From an archaeon (GTDB taxonomy: Archaea > Nanobdellota > Nanobdellia > Woesearchaeales > GW2011-AR15): a DNA stretch of 64,000 bases. Where the stretch lies: contig JAZDLQ010000017.1 of NCBI GenBank assembly GCA_043801855.1, positions 15,202-79,201 on the forward strand. The letters are read 5' to 3'. The translations under genes and the position numbers were made by a program. Below, in pieces: positions 19,401 through 28,392 of the stretch. A model generated the notes under the pieces. It searched no databases, was not told where the DNA came from, and was given only the letters and a program-made list of their open reading frames with translations. Numbering within the stretch: position 1 is the stretch's first letter; each line of letters opens with the position of its first letter.

Positions 19401-19723
19401 TTGAGAATGGAAATATTTCGGAATCTTCAATTAAATTTTCAGAAGCAAAATATCTTTTCAACAAAATGTCTGATTACCACAAGTCACTACTCTATCCAAA
19501 AATAATCCACTGTGCAAATAAAATCAATATCAAATACATGCATAGCTTAATTGATGACTGCTATATTAGGATGGCAGAAGGCAATATTGACGGCGCATTA
19601 ATATTATATCAGGAGATTTCAGAGGAATATGCTCTCCTTGATGAAAACTCTATAGAAAAAATTTATCCAAAAATATGCGAGTTAATTGTGGCTCTTGAGA
19701 TAAAAAAATTGAATTGTAATTAA
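16391..19723 (+). CDS. large type-I surface protein: signal peptide, Asp-rich metal-binding-like motif, PKD domain, C-terminal TM helix and ~150-aa cytoplasmic tail
   Basis: Signal peptide LLSRIVLLALCIAALLNASS, GGAGGGG RBS, DNDGDGYSYIYDCNDNNPNINPG..DDDCSS, PKD-like ASASGGTAPYTYSWNFDDGT..H.F...G.YNVLLRVKDYFGN, TM IEILVIVILAGIYISY. Very dense N-x-S/T sequons. Confidence 0.8.
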   Translation: MTSGRLLSRIVLLALCIAALLNASSQVAIIDNSTISIDGFAFRNIENQDYNVASAGSMATFYDMSYYNGSGFYLGDIGMGTDVIYTSGLNATLVEISLVKKEPGNVDALLACDYFVEGSFVCQNWSIADFDYAENETHVVFIADSFTAIAGHIAKENNLKETLLDVWPQTIIGKPYGGKAAYPGNVSYIYSNFTDGASGDILSDGFCTATETVSNYTMIYDSAKKLFTYAVLYDNPGNYSFGIYCCSEGYYCSNKSVVLEISPLISANDTHLDNDGDGYSYIYDCNDNNPNINPGKVEILYNGVDDDCSSATLDYFFFDISTNKLTYGLGESVQVTIRSYNNSDAYITINSPSNISYVYIYANDTYPKTLIFSHTNNSGNYSIEGISYYNNYTISKEISFGVENNLVAIASANQTEAFKNNKIGFFASASGGTAPYTYSWNFDDGTVVSEKDLVHAFNSSKTYNVLLRVKDYFGNQRTQTLTISVIDEYKLLVKVVDNNTNAAIKNIKVKLDSDAKYTNSSGSVEFRVALKTYDIKLSHANYSTYSAEIKINGTHDKEYRLIREITGLPPQIFVQLPSDNSEYKNRDVEFSFYVIDDTDLNCTLYTSFGDSWWTAEKTFSNLVSNKEAKHTLSGLKNGEYYWKIECIDKEKKSAETSEYSFTIKTEEKNSIDTEVADINETSSAVQSVYDLLPDLDSYTPDQKRVLELLDIYNVLEESKVELDRANRDMFNLRYRKDLIDPIGESEKIIQQIAAVKDKTPRSVTVEDKVEFIKYVDDKEAEELINKYIDLKNTQLSSGDRKKIVDQNKLLQKKITVSTESYNVRIEYLSGRIKELTLISKKSDYNSVTNGKFVEFIPDEIIGSAELSVITASPAILQDGRIFEIPQDEAHTLSYSINKKILLSEIPKMKSLLITLDEQSEIKEGGTITGFALFNTQGSNNKIVFYIEILVIVILAGIYISYQFRYGGAETVNGVPETAKSKEPVSSYNFYGQGFKAIDSASSLLENGNISESSIKFSEAKYLFNKMSDYHKSLLYPKIIHCANKINIKYMHSLIDDCYIRMAEGNIDGALILYQEISEEYALLDENSIEKIYPKICELIVALEIKKLNCN

Positions 19724-19724
19724 G

Positions 19725-22700
19725 ATGAAAAATAAGCTAAATAAAAAAAGTATTGACAATCTACTTGAAAAAACACTCATTATTTTAGTTTTATCTATAT
19801 CGTTCATGTCTTTATTGTTCTTCAGGGATTTCATTGGATTTGCTTCCTTCCATGCTGCAAGAGGCGGTCAGATATCAGAAATCAATCTTGCGCAGGAAGA
19901 GCCTGCAGAATATTGGAATGGAATCTATGGCTTAGTTATTATGTTTCCTGCAATCAATAATACATGGTCAGTGCTTACGGAAAATGCTGGAATGAATCAG
20001 CTAGTAATGCTGGTGCCATGCCTGCTTGGAGGCCAAGAAAACGAGCTATATGCTGCGAATGTAACATCAGAACAAATAGAATGGGAAAATGTTGTTGCTG
20101 CGGATGCTGAAATCGTTGATGAATACCTTCAGATAAATTCTGGATCACTTATATCAGCAAATAAGACGTTTACAGATACTATGACTATTGAACTTGGTAC
20201 CAGAACAATTTATGATATCCCTATGGTTCACACTTACCAGCGTGATGATCATAACAGCGAAGTGTTTTCGCATGGTGTCTTAACAGATGGAGAGCACATA
20301 ATATTAGTTGCAAAAGTAACAGAAGGATATCCTATGGGATTTGATGGAAACCTTTACAATTACCAGATGTTTGTGCCTGTTCCTTTAAACAGGACAGTCA
20401 GATATTATATATTGACGGATCCATATGACACCTGTCCGGCAGGAGAAGATGTAGGATTAGGAACCGGATATGTATCTGGCTGGGTGACAGACAACTCAAC
20501 TGGGCTTCCGATTGAGAATGCAGAAGTATTTGTCGGAAAAAGTAGTGCTGTTAGTGATGAAGATGGATACTATAATTTTTCTGTCACAGAAGGCACATAT
20601 AAAATAATAGGAATAAAATATGGCTATAACAATTATATAAGTAATATTACTGTCTATTACAGCAATTATACTGAGCATAATATATCAATGACATTATATC
20701 AGGAGCCGCTTACAGGGATAGGTTCAGGTGTCGGTACTGGAGTTGGCCCTGGTCAAACCGACAAGACAAGGACAGGTGTCGGCCCAGGAGTTGGTCCAGG
20801 AGTTGGTCCAAATATCGGACCATATCTAGAAAAACCAGAGCTAATGGGCATAGATCATTTTATTACTCTTGACAAAATTGATAAAAAAATAAGATTGGAC
20901 AATTTCTTTACAGAGACTGTTTTTCTCTATAGTTTTAGGAAAGAAAATGCACTTGTCCAAATAAGGCTTAATGGAAATGTAACAGAAATTGTCGAGATAG
21001 ACAAAGAATCTGTAACAATTGAGCCAAATGGCGTTGCAAATGTGACTGTCACAGGATTCGGAAAAGAGATTGGTGAATATATTGGATCTCTTGACTTTGG
21101 CGGTGATTTTAACGACAGCCTTCCGATTAAAATTAGAGTAACAGATGAAGATAAGCTTCCAGTTGAAGCGCTTCTTATGGAGCTTGAGCTATTGACGCCT
21201 CATCCATATGCTGGTGATTTATACAAATTTAAGCTCAATCTTCATAACATGCTTATTGAAGAAAGGTATAACATTTCTCTCAAATATAAAATCCAAGGTA
21301 TTGAGGCAAGGACATCAAATTATTCAATGGAATTAGAACCAGAAAGTGTTGCAATCTTAACAACAGTATCTCTAATTAAGCAATTTAACATACCGAAAAA
21401 TTGGCCGAAAGGAGAATACCTTCTTGACATTGAGGCCGAGTATCTGGATCTTTATTCAAAAACATCAACTGTTTTTAATGTATATGAGCCTATTTATATG
21501 TATAAGCTTTTTGGAGTTCTTGAGTTATGGAAATTGTTTTTAGGAATTCTTTGCCTTGCAATAATTGTATTTGGTGTGATATTTATTAGGAGGCATATTG
21601 AATCGAAAAAGAGATTCCATGGAAAAGTCGAATATAAATTGCTCCCAAAAAAAGGGCCAAGGTCATTGTATATCGGAAAAATAGCTGAAACTGAAAATGA
21701 TACTTACATGGATATGGATGTATTAACAGTTCACTCAATAATTGCTGGTTCAACAGGCGGCGGTAAATCCATTTCCGGTCAGGATATAGTAGAAGAATGC
21801 CTGCTGAAAAATGTTGCAGTGATAGTTTTTGATCCTACAGCTCAGTGGAGCGGAATGCTCCGAAAATGCTCCGACAAAAAGATGATGGAATTTTATCCAA
21901 GATTTAATATGACGCCAAAAAGCGCAAGAGCTTTTTCCGGCAACATCAGAGCAATTAAAGACCCAAGAGAAAAAGTTGACCTGATGAAATACCTTAAGCC
22001 TGGAGAAATTCAGATATTTACAATGAGCACCCTTGACCCAAAAGGAATTGACATTTTTGTTGCAAATACCGTGAGGGCAATTTTCCAGTCAAACCTTCAG
22101 GAATATAGGGGGCTTAGATATATGATGGTTTACGATGAAGTCCACAGGCTTCTTCCTAAATTTGGCGGAAGTGGCGAAGGCTTCATCCAGATCGAAAGAG
22201 CATGCAGGGAATTCAGAAAATGGGGAATAGGTGTAGTTCTTATTTCCCAAGTCCTGGCGGATTTCGTAGGTCAAATCAAAGCTAACATTAACACAGAAAT
22301 CCAGATGAAAACAAGAGATGAAGGAGATCTTGCAAGAATCGAAACTAAGTATGGAAAAGAATTTTTACAGGGATTAGTAAAGGCGCCAGTTGGTTCAGGA
22401 ATGCTGCAAAATTCGGCATGGAATAGAGGTAAACCGTATTATGTCACATTCAGGCCGATCATGCACAGCGTAACAAGATTGACAGATGAGGAGCTATCAT
22501 TGTACAATAAATATAATGAGATGGTTGATGACTTATCTTACCAGATAGACCAGCTTGAAAAAGAAGAATTAGATGTTTTTGATTTGAGGCTAGAATTAAA
22601 GTTATCTCTTGATAAGATAAAAACTGGAAGTTTTAACATGGTTGATATTTATCTGGAAGGCTTAAAGCCTAGGCTTGAAAAAATGTGGAAGGATCTTGGA

Positions 22701-23555
22701 AAAAAACCTAAAAAAAGAACTTTAGAACTTGTGTCTGAAGATGATATAAAGGCAGATATTGCAGCAGCTCAAAAATCAAGAGAGCAATATGAAAAAGAAA
22801 AAGGGCCCTCTGCCGGAGGAGAAGAAAAAAAAGGCCCTGCATCATTAGGGTTTAATGACGAAGTTCCTCCTGATAAGCTCCTTAACCTCTCAAACGGAAT
22901 GATTGTAATAAGTATGAAAGGGCTTTATGATGAGCTTGTTCCGATGAAAGATTCAGATTATAAAAATGAAGTAAATGAAAACAAGAACACTTTTGCAAAC
23001 TGGATCAGAACAGCATTAAATAGTCCAAAGCTTGCTGATATCGCTGATAATATTATTGCAAAAGAAGATTATCTTGCATTTTTCGATTCAATAAAAGCAG
23101 GAACAGGTGAAAAATTCAAGCCAAAAGCGCCAAGGCCACCAAAGGAGGCAGCAGCACCAGTAGCAGGCTCAGCACCAGTGGCAGCAGCGACACAAGCAGC
23201 ATCTATTGCACCAGTTTATCCTGCAATAGTTCAACCTGTTGCTCAGCCTTCGGTACAAAATTTGCAAGAACAGTCTACGCAGGCAAATGCGTCTTCAGGG
23301 CAATCAGGAGTTGCTCCTCTTGAATTATTCGACGGTACCAGAATTAATAGTTTAAAAGATTTGTTTGAAGCATTGTCAAAAATAGATGATGATACATTTA
23401 TGCTCTACGTTAATGAAGGAAACAATGAATTTGCAGAATGGATAAGAACAAGCCTTAAAGATGAGGCTTTTGCAAATGAAATTTCATCGCTAAAAACAAG
23501 AGAAGAGCTGAAGAAAAAAGTAGAAGAGAAATTAAAAGTCTTAAAAGTTGGTTAA
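19725..23555 (+). CDS. membrane-anchored HerA/FtsK-superfamily (DUF87-like) ATPase with ~600-aa extracellular N-terminal domain and two C-terminal copies of the novel docking domain
   Basis: N-terminal TM. CarboxypepD_reg-like beta-sandwich (GWVTDNSTGLPIENAEVFV..DGYYNF). Elastin-like GVGPG repeats. Second TM LGILCLAIIVFGVIFI. Walker A AGSTGGGKS, Walker B MVYDEVHRLLP, RKWGIGVVLISQ and NTEIQMKTRDEGD motifs typical of HerA/DUF87. Pro/Ala-rich linker. Confidence 0.8.
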   Translation: MKNKLNKKSIDNLLEKTLIILVLSISFMSLLFFRDFIGFASFHAARGGQISEINLAQEEPAEYWNGIYGLVIMFPAINNTWSVLTENAGMNQLVMLVPCLLGGQENELYAANVTSEQIEWENVVAADAEIVDEYLQINSGSLISANKTFTDTMTIELGTRTIYDIPMVHTYQRDDHNSEVFSHGVLTDGEHIILVAKVTEGYPMGFDGNLYNYQMFVPVPLNRTVRYYILTDPYDTCPAGEDVGLGTGYVSGWVTDNSTGLPIENAEVFVGKSSAVSDEDGYYNFSVTEGTYKIIGIKYGYNNYISNITVYYSNYTEHNISMTLYQEPLTGIGSGVGTGVGPGQTDKTRTGVGPGVGPGVGPNIGPYLEKPELMGIDHFITLDKIDKKIRLDNFFTETVFLYSFRKENALVQIRLNGNVTEIVEIDKESVTIEPNGVANVTVTGFGKEIGEYIGSLDFGGDFNDSLPIKIRVTDEDKLPVEALLMELELLTPHPYAGDLYKFKLNLHNMLIEERYNISLKYKIQGIEARTSNYSMELEPESVAILTTVSLIKQFNIPKNWPKGEYLLDIEAEYLDLYSKTSTVFNVYEPIYMYKLFGVLELWKLFLGILCLAIIVFGVIFIRRHIESKKRFHGKVEYKLLPKKGPRSLYIGKIAETENDTYMDMDVLTVHSIIAGSTGGGKSISGQDIVEECLLKNVAVIVFDPTAQWSGMLRKCSDKKMMEFYPRFNMTPKSARAFSGNIRAIKDPREKVDLMKYLKPGEIQIFTMSTLDPKGIDIFVANTVRAIFQSNLQEYRGLRYMMVYDEVHRLLPKFGGSGEGFIQIERACREFRKWGIGVVLISQVLADFVGQIKANINTEIQMKTRDEGDLARIETKYGKEFLQGLVKAPVGSGMLQNSAWNRGKPYYVTFRPIMHSVTRLTDEELSLYNKYNEMVDDLSYQIDQLEKEELDVFDLRLELKLSLDKIKTGSFNMVDIYLEGLKPRLEKMWKDLGKKPKKRTLELVSEDDIKADIAAAQKSREQYEKEKGPSAGGEEKKGPASLGFNDEVPPDKLLNLSNGMIVISMKGLYDELVPMKDSDYKNEVNENKNTFANWIRTALNSPKLADIADNIIAKEDYLAFFDSIKAGTGEKFKPKAPRPPKEAAAPVAGSAPVAAATQAASIAPVYPAIVQPVAQPSVQNLQEQSTQANASSGQSGVAPLELFDGTRINSLKDLFEALSKIDDDTFMLYVNEGNNEFAEWIRTSLKDEAFANEISSLKTREELKKKVEEKLKVLKVG
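20722..20820 (+). repeat. elastin-like (G)VGPG tandem repeats encoded in the ATPase gene
   Basis: GVGTGVGPGQ...GVGPGVGPGVGP at the nucleotide level is GGTGTCGG/GGAGTTGG repeated. Confidence 0.6.
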
Positions 23556-23557
23556 AT

Positions 23558-23779
23558 ATGGTAAATGAACTGATTAAAATTTTTGAAAACAGACGCAGTA
23601 ATTTAGTGAAGTTGCTTGACAATGCAAGGGATGATATGGATGCAGGCAAGCAACATCAGCTCTATGGCGCAATACTGGAGATTGACAATGTGCTTGAGGC
23701 AATGCAGGATTTGCACTGTAAAAATATTTCAAAAAAATTATGTGATCGAAAAGATAACTTATTGAGGCTTAAATGCTGA
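23558..23779 (+). CDS. small helical protein
   Basis: 73 aa, 3 nt after the previous stop. No motif. Confidence 0.4.
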   Translation: MVNELIKIFENRRSNLVKLLDNARDDMDAGKQHQLYGAILEIDNVLEAMQDLHCKNISKKLCDRKDNLLRLKC

Positions 23780-23780
23780 T

Positions 23781-24590
23781 ATGGAAGAAGAAATACCTCC
23801 TGAAAAGTATTTTTATGTACATGATGGAACAATAATAAGATGTATTGATGAGCTTCCGATATACCTTACGAGTATGGATGAGCAGATATTTGTATTCCAT
23901 GTAACTGAAGAAAAAAATGACTTTGCATCCTGGATAATGGGTGTTTTTAACGAATCATTGCTTGCCGAAAAAGTACAAAATTCCAAAACAAAAGACGAAA
24001 TGATTAATATAATAGGAGAATACATGGAAAGCAAAATTGTCCTCTCTGTTAATAATTATAACTCTATCAATGCAGATCAGCCAGCGCAGCAGATACATTC
24101 TTCTTTAGAAAAATATGAAAAAGAAATTTCTGAGCACGGCAATGAAGAACTAAATGGTTTGAAATCTGAGGAGTTAACGGCAATCGACTCGCTAAATCTT
24201 TCAAAAGAGGCTCTGGAAATAAATTCATTAACTACAAATCAAGAACCTGAAAAAATTAAGAAACAAGAAGATCAAAAAACAATATTGAATCAAAATGATA
24301 CAAAAGATAATTACATATATACCTACAAAAGAGGAGAAAAAAATCAAAATAGCATAATTTCAAAAGCATTTTTTTTTCATTATGATGAGTTAAAAAAGAA
24401 AATTTCTGAAAAAAGAAAAAAGGGATATGATACTAGCCATTGCAATTTGTTAATTATGCAAATTCCTTCAAAAATCAAGCTGCTTGAACACTTTTTTTCT
24501 GAAAAAGAGTCGCTGAAGCTCATACACTTATTTTATATTATTAATGAAGAATTAAATATACTTACTAAAAAGGAGATGGTGTTGGCGTGA
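23781..24590 (+). CDS. soluble protein with N-terminal docking domain (F.FHV..EKNDFASWI)
   Basis: N-terminal 75 aa align to the C-termini of the 1276-aa and 1493-aa proteins. The C-terminal LIHLFYIINEELN is shared with the next ORF. Confidence 0.6.
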   Translation: MEEEIPPEKYFYVHDGTIIRCIDELPIYLTSMDEQIFVFHVTEEKNDFASWIMGVFNESLLAEKVQNSKTKDEMINIIGEYMESKIVLSVNNYNSINADQPAQQIHSSLEKYEKEISEHGNEELNGLKSEELTAIDSLNLSKEALEINSLTTNQEPEKIKKQEDQKTILNQNDTKDNYIYTYKRGEKNQNSIISKAFFFHYDELKKKISEKRKKGYDTSHCNLLIMQIPSKIKLLEHFFSEKESLKLIHLFYIINEELNILTKKEMVLA

Positions 24591-25279
24591 AACAAAATAA
24601 GACAAAAACAATTCAAAAAATTGATAAAAATAAAGGTAATAAGGAGTTTATTACGTGCACTGGCCAGAAAATAAAAACACTTATGAGCCTTCCGATTGCG
24701 CTTCGTACAATGGATGACATGTGTTTTTCAGCGCACGTGAATGAAAACAAAAATGATTTTGCAGAATGGGTCATTAATGAAATTGGACAAAAGAACTTAG
24801 GAGAAAGAATGCAAGAGCATAAAGATAAGGCATCGCTCCTTAAATTCCTAGTTGATTACCTTGCAGACAAAACCTTAATTCAGGAAGAACTGCAAAATGG
24901 TAGCATGGCTAATGAAAAAATACCTGTTGGCTTTTTTCAAAATTTAATCTATAAGATAAAAAAGACTCTTCATCTAAAGCAAATTGTTAAACCCAATTTA
25001 AGCGAAGCCATACGTGGAAGGCTTTTTATTAGTAAAGTTAAAGATATATCTGATTTGGAAGTAATATTTAGCGAGTCGCTTGAGGAATACAGGTGGAAAG
25101 TATATAGCTTAAAAAGCCGTGGCGAGAACACACAGGAGTGCCAGCTTTATCTTGGAACAACAGAGATGAAGATTAGAGAATTTGGCCAATATGTAAATGA
25201 AAAAAATGCAATAGATATCCTTCATTTATTCTATTGTCTGGATGATGAAATAAAAAAGCATGAAAATTCCAAGACCTAG
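24587..25279 (+). CDS. paralog of the previous ORF (docking-domain protein)
   Basis: ALRTMDDMCFSAHVNENKNDFAEWVINEIG at the N-terminus and ILHLFYCLDDEIK at the C-terminus. 4-nt start/stop overlap with the upstream gene. Confidence 0.6.
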   Translation: MKQNKTKTIQKIDKNKGNKEFITCTGQKIKTLMSLPIALRTMDDMCFSAHVNENKNDFAEWVINEIGQKNLGERMQEHKDKASLLKFLVDYLADKTLIQEELQNGSMANEKIPVGFFQNLIYKIKKTLHLKQIVKPNLSEAIRGRLFISKVKDISDLEVIFSESLEEYRWKVYSLKSRGENTQECQLYLGTTEMKIREFGQYVNEKNAIDILHLFYCLDDEIKKHENSKT

Positions 25280-25348
25280 ATTTATAAACTAGATTAAAAT
25301 ATCAAGATATCACAGCAATACTTGTAATTATTAAAAAAGAGGTTGAAT

Positions 25349-26449
25349 ATGTGGCCGTTTAAGCCAAAATTTGCAAGAATAGAAGACCAGCAGGAAAAAA
25401 AAGAGGATGAGTCAGCGGTAGCTGCGCCTAGCAATGATGATTTTCAAGGGAAATCTTCTGATTCTATGCTTGGCGCTGAAATTATGAAATTAAAAGCGCA
25501 GTTTGACCAATTTTCAGAGCTTCGAAAAGTATTTAATGAACGCTTTACAAGAATAAACGAGCAGATTGGGGAACTTCGTGGAATGATAATGGATACTAAT
25601 CGTTCCATGCAGGATGTAGAAGTAAAAACTGTAAAAGCAGTTGACTTGGTAAGCGCAGTTCAGCCAGATAAGCTAATGGTTGAAGTAAAAAAGCAGGATG
25701 CAAAAATTGAGGCACTCAAAGCTAATATAGAAAGTAACGAAGCTATTATGAAATCAATTCTTGACCAGCTAAAAGATATGAGAATACAAGTGTCAAAATT
25801 CAGAGGAGTTGACCAGATTGTTTCTTTATCTGAAGATGTAAAAAAAGAGCTGATGAACATCAAAAAAGTAGAGGCAACTCTTGAGCGACACTCTGATAAG
25901 GTTGAAGGAATATTTATGGAATCACAAAAACGGTTCCAGGATTTTGAGAGAGTTGTAAACAAGCAGGCGGACTTTGACAAGCAGGTGAAAGCAATTCAAG
26001 AGCAGTCTGATCAGCTTAAAATTAAGATTCCCGTTTTTTCAACAAAAAAGGAGATGGAAGATCTTCAGGGTAAATACAATGAATTTGAAAAACACACTGC
26101 AAATGTAATTGATCTTGTTACAAAAAGAGCAAATGATCTTCCTGTCGAGATAAACGACAGATTTGCTCGCTTTGAAAAAAATATAAACAGTGCATTTGAA
26201 AAAAAGATAAGAAAAACAGATGAAACAAATAAATTGATTTCAGAAATTGAAAAAAAAGCACAGAAAATTGCCAAAGAATTAAAACTTCACCAGGCAACCA
26301 CTGAAAAAAAAGAGGAAGGAGCGTCTCTAATAAATTCAGATATGCCAAAAGCTGAAAATAAGGATGAAGCTCCATCAAAAGAGGCAACTGAAAAAAAAGC
26401 AAGATTCTTAGAAGGGCTGTTTAAGAAAAAAGAGAAAGAAAAGAAATAA
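25349..26449 (+). CDS. coiled-coil protein
   Basis: ~366 aa dominated by heptad-like K/E-rich segments. The listed ORF starts at TTG 25343, but ATG 25349 (MWPFKPK) with an upstream GAGG is more likely. Confidence 0.5.
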   Translation: MWPFKPKFARIEDQQEKKEDESAVAAPSNDDFQGKSSDSMLGAEIMKLKAQFDQFSELRKVFNERFTRINEQIGELRGMIMDTNRSMQDVEVKTVKAVDLVSAVQPDKLMVEVKKQDAKIEALKANIESNEAIMKSILDQLKDMRIQVSKFRGVDQIVSLSEDVKKELMNIKKVEATLERHSDKVEGIFMESQKRFQDFERVVNKQADFDKQVKAIQEQSDQLKIKIPVFSTKKEMEDLQGKYNEFEKHTANVIDLVTKRANDLPVEINDRFARFEKNINSAFEKKIRKTDETNKLISEIEKKAQKIAKELKLHQATTEKKEEGASLINSDMPKAENKDEAPSKEATEKKARFLEGLFKKKEKEKK

Positions 26450-26483
26450 TTAATTTGTGAACTTTTTTGCTTTTTGAAGTTCA

Positions 26484-28337
26484 TTAGCGTAAATCAATAG
26501 GAGTAATAGTCTCTTTTTTGAATTTCTCTTTGGCTTCTGCCAGCCTTTTTCGCTGCTGCATTAGGTGCTCATGGAAAATAATTGGGACATCTTGCTCATC
26601 AGCATATATTTTTTCTATTCGCAGTAGCCTGTCCAAAAGCTTTTCAGTTCTGATTGAAAAGAGCTTAACATAGTCTTCTTTTGAGAAATCTCTGTTAAAA
26701 GTTTTTCTGAATAATAATTGCAAATCATCGTACTTAGGAATAAATCCAATTGGTGTTTCAATTGCATCATATTCGTTGTGAATTCTTCCTTCCATCCACA
26801 AAAGCCACACCTTTTTATCAACTTTTTGATTCAAGAATTTTCCGTTTTCCTTAAGGAAATAATTGGTTGCAAAGATTTTAGGAGTTTCATCAAGTATTTC
26901 TCCAAACTTTAAGTGATTATTGATGTAAGTTCCTAGCGGAATAACTAAAAAATCCATATTTGCCATTGGGTCATGAACTCTTACTCCTTCCTGGCCTATT
27001 TTTGCTGATGTTGTCTCTGATTCAAGAGCACTACCGATAAATACGCCATGCGACCAGCTAAGTGATTCAATTACAGGCGGACTAGTATCTGAATCCCTTC
27101 CACCATAAATAATTCCTGAGACAGGAACTCCTTTCTTATTGTGAAGATTAGGATCTGCATTTTCAAGTTCATTAATCCTAATTGTATATCTTGCATTTTT
27201 ATGTGCTGGAAGTATCTCTTTTCCATCATGTCCCATCTTTCCCTCACTCCACTCGCCTGAAAAATTTTCTCCATTAGCTGGAAGCTCTTGCCCCATTCCA
27301 AGCCAATAAGGGTTTCCATTTTTTACCAGTATATTAGACATGATAAGTTCTCTTTTTGTTGTAAGGGCCTTATGGATGACTGGATCATCAATAGGATTTA
27401 TATCCTGAATTATTCCAAAAATTCCCTGTTCAACATTTGCAGCATAGCACAGGCCGTCTTCTCCTGCCCGGAGATATGAAATATCATCACCTATAATTGA
27501 TTGGCCAGGAACCATTGCAGTAGATGTTTTCCCGCATGCGCTTGGGAACGCTCCAGTAAAATAAGTAACTCTTTCTTTTCCAGGAGGATGCACTCCCATC
27601 ACAAACATGTGCTCGCAAAGCCAGCCTTCCCTATTTGCTTTACTGATCGCAAGCCTTAGCGCAAGCTTTTTTAGCCCTACACTGTTGCCTGCATATTGAT
27701 TGTTTATTGTAAAAACTCTTTCTTCTTCTAGATCCATATAGATTCTTCTTTTGTCAACATCTATTGAATTATTATTTGAAGTAAGTTTTCCAGCTGAATG
27801 GATAAAATGAAAAAATTTATCCGTTCCATTTAAGTTGACAAATTCATCATATCCTTTCCGATAAAGTATAGATTCGCTGTGTGCAACATATGCAGAATCA
27901 GTTATCTGCAGTGCAGGAATTGAAAATATTGATTCGTTTGGCCCAAGGCAAAAAAAGCACACGAGCATTTCTTTTCCTTCCATTATTCCATCCAGGAGAT
28001 TAAGTATTTCATCTAATCCATCATCCCTGTCAATTGTATTAATAGATTTTGAAAGCATCTTTCCCTTTGGAAGGAGAATTTTTGTATTTTGTGCATCCCT
28101 GCCCTGATCAAAATAACCATCAAAATGAATCGTGTGGCCAGAAATATTAAGAGGCTTCTCCTCACAATTTTTTAACGAAAGCGTTCTAATGTATTCAAGA
28201 TCCTCGTCTGATCCGCTAAGCACAGTAATTTTTCTCGGTCTGCATAGCTTTGCATATTTTTCAATTATTGAATCCACATGTGAATTATTTAATTTAGCAA
28301 GCTTTTTAGCGCTGTTTTTATCCATTAACTCATTCAT
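26484..28337 (-). CDS. pckG: phosphoenolpyruvate carboxykinase (GTP)
   Basis: Kinase-1a signature FPSACGKTSTAM, 617 aa, and a GIIYGGRDSDTSPPV C-terminal nucleotide-binding region typical of GTP-PEPCK. Confidence 0.85.
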   Translation of the reverse strand: MNELMDKNSAKKLAKLNNSHVDSIIEKYAKLCRPRKITVLSGSDEDLEYIRTLSLKNCEEKPLNISGHTIHFDGYFDQGRDAQNTKILLPKGKMLSKSINTIDRDDGLDEILNLLDGIMEGKEMLVCFFCLGPNESIFSIPALQITDSAYVAHSESILYRKGYDEFVNLNGTDKFFHFIHSAGKLTSNNNSIDVDKRRIYMDLEEERVFTINNQYAGNSVGLKKLALRLAISKANREGWLCEHMFVMGVHPPGKERVTYFTGAFPSACGKTSTAMVPGQSIIGDDISYLRAGEDGLCYAANVEQGIFGIIQDINPIDDPVIHKALTTKRELIMSNILVKNGNPYWLGMGQELPANGENFSGEWSEGKMGHDGKEILPAHKNARYTIRINELENADPNLHNKKGVPVSGIIYGGRDSDTSPPVIESLSWSHGVFIGSALESETTSAKIGQEGVRVHDPMANMDFLVIPLGTYINNHLKFGEILDETPKIFATNYFLKENGKFLNQKVDKKVWLLWMEGRIHNEYDAIETPIGFIPKYDDLQLLFRKTFNRDFSKEDYVKLFSIRTEKLLDRLLRIEKIYADEQDVPIIFHEHLMQQRKRLAEAKEKFKKETITPIDLR

Positions 28338-28392
28338 CTTTACACCTTATTTATTGTTTTAATACGAGCTGTCCTAACATTTAATGCGAGTA

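Noticed and set aside
25343-25348. TTG start at 25343 for the coiled-coil gene
   Set aside because: ATG at 25349, preceded by AAGAGGTTGA, is a better initiation context. TTG retained only as an alternative.
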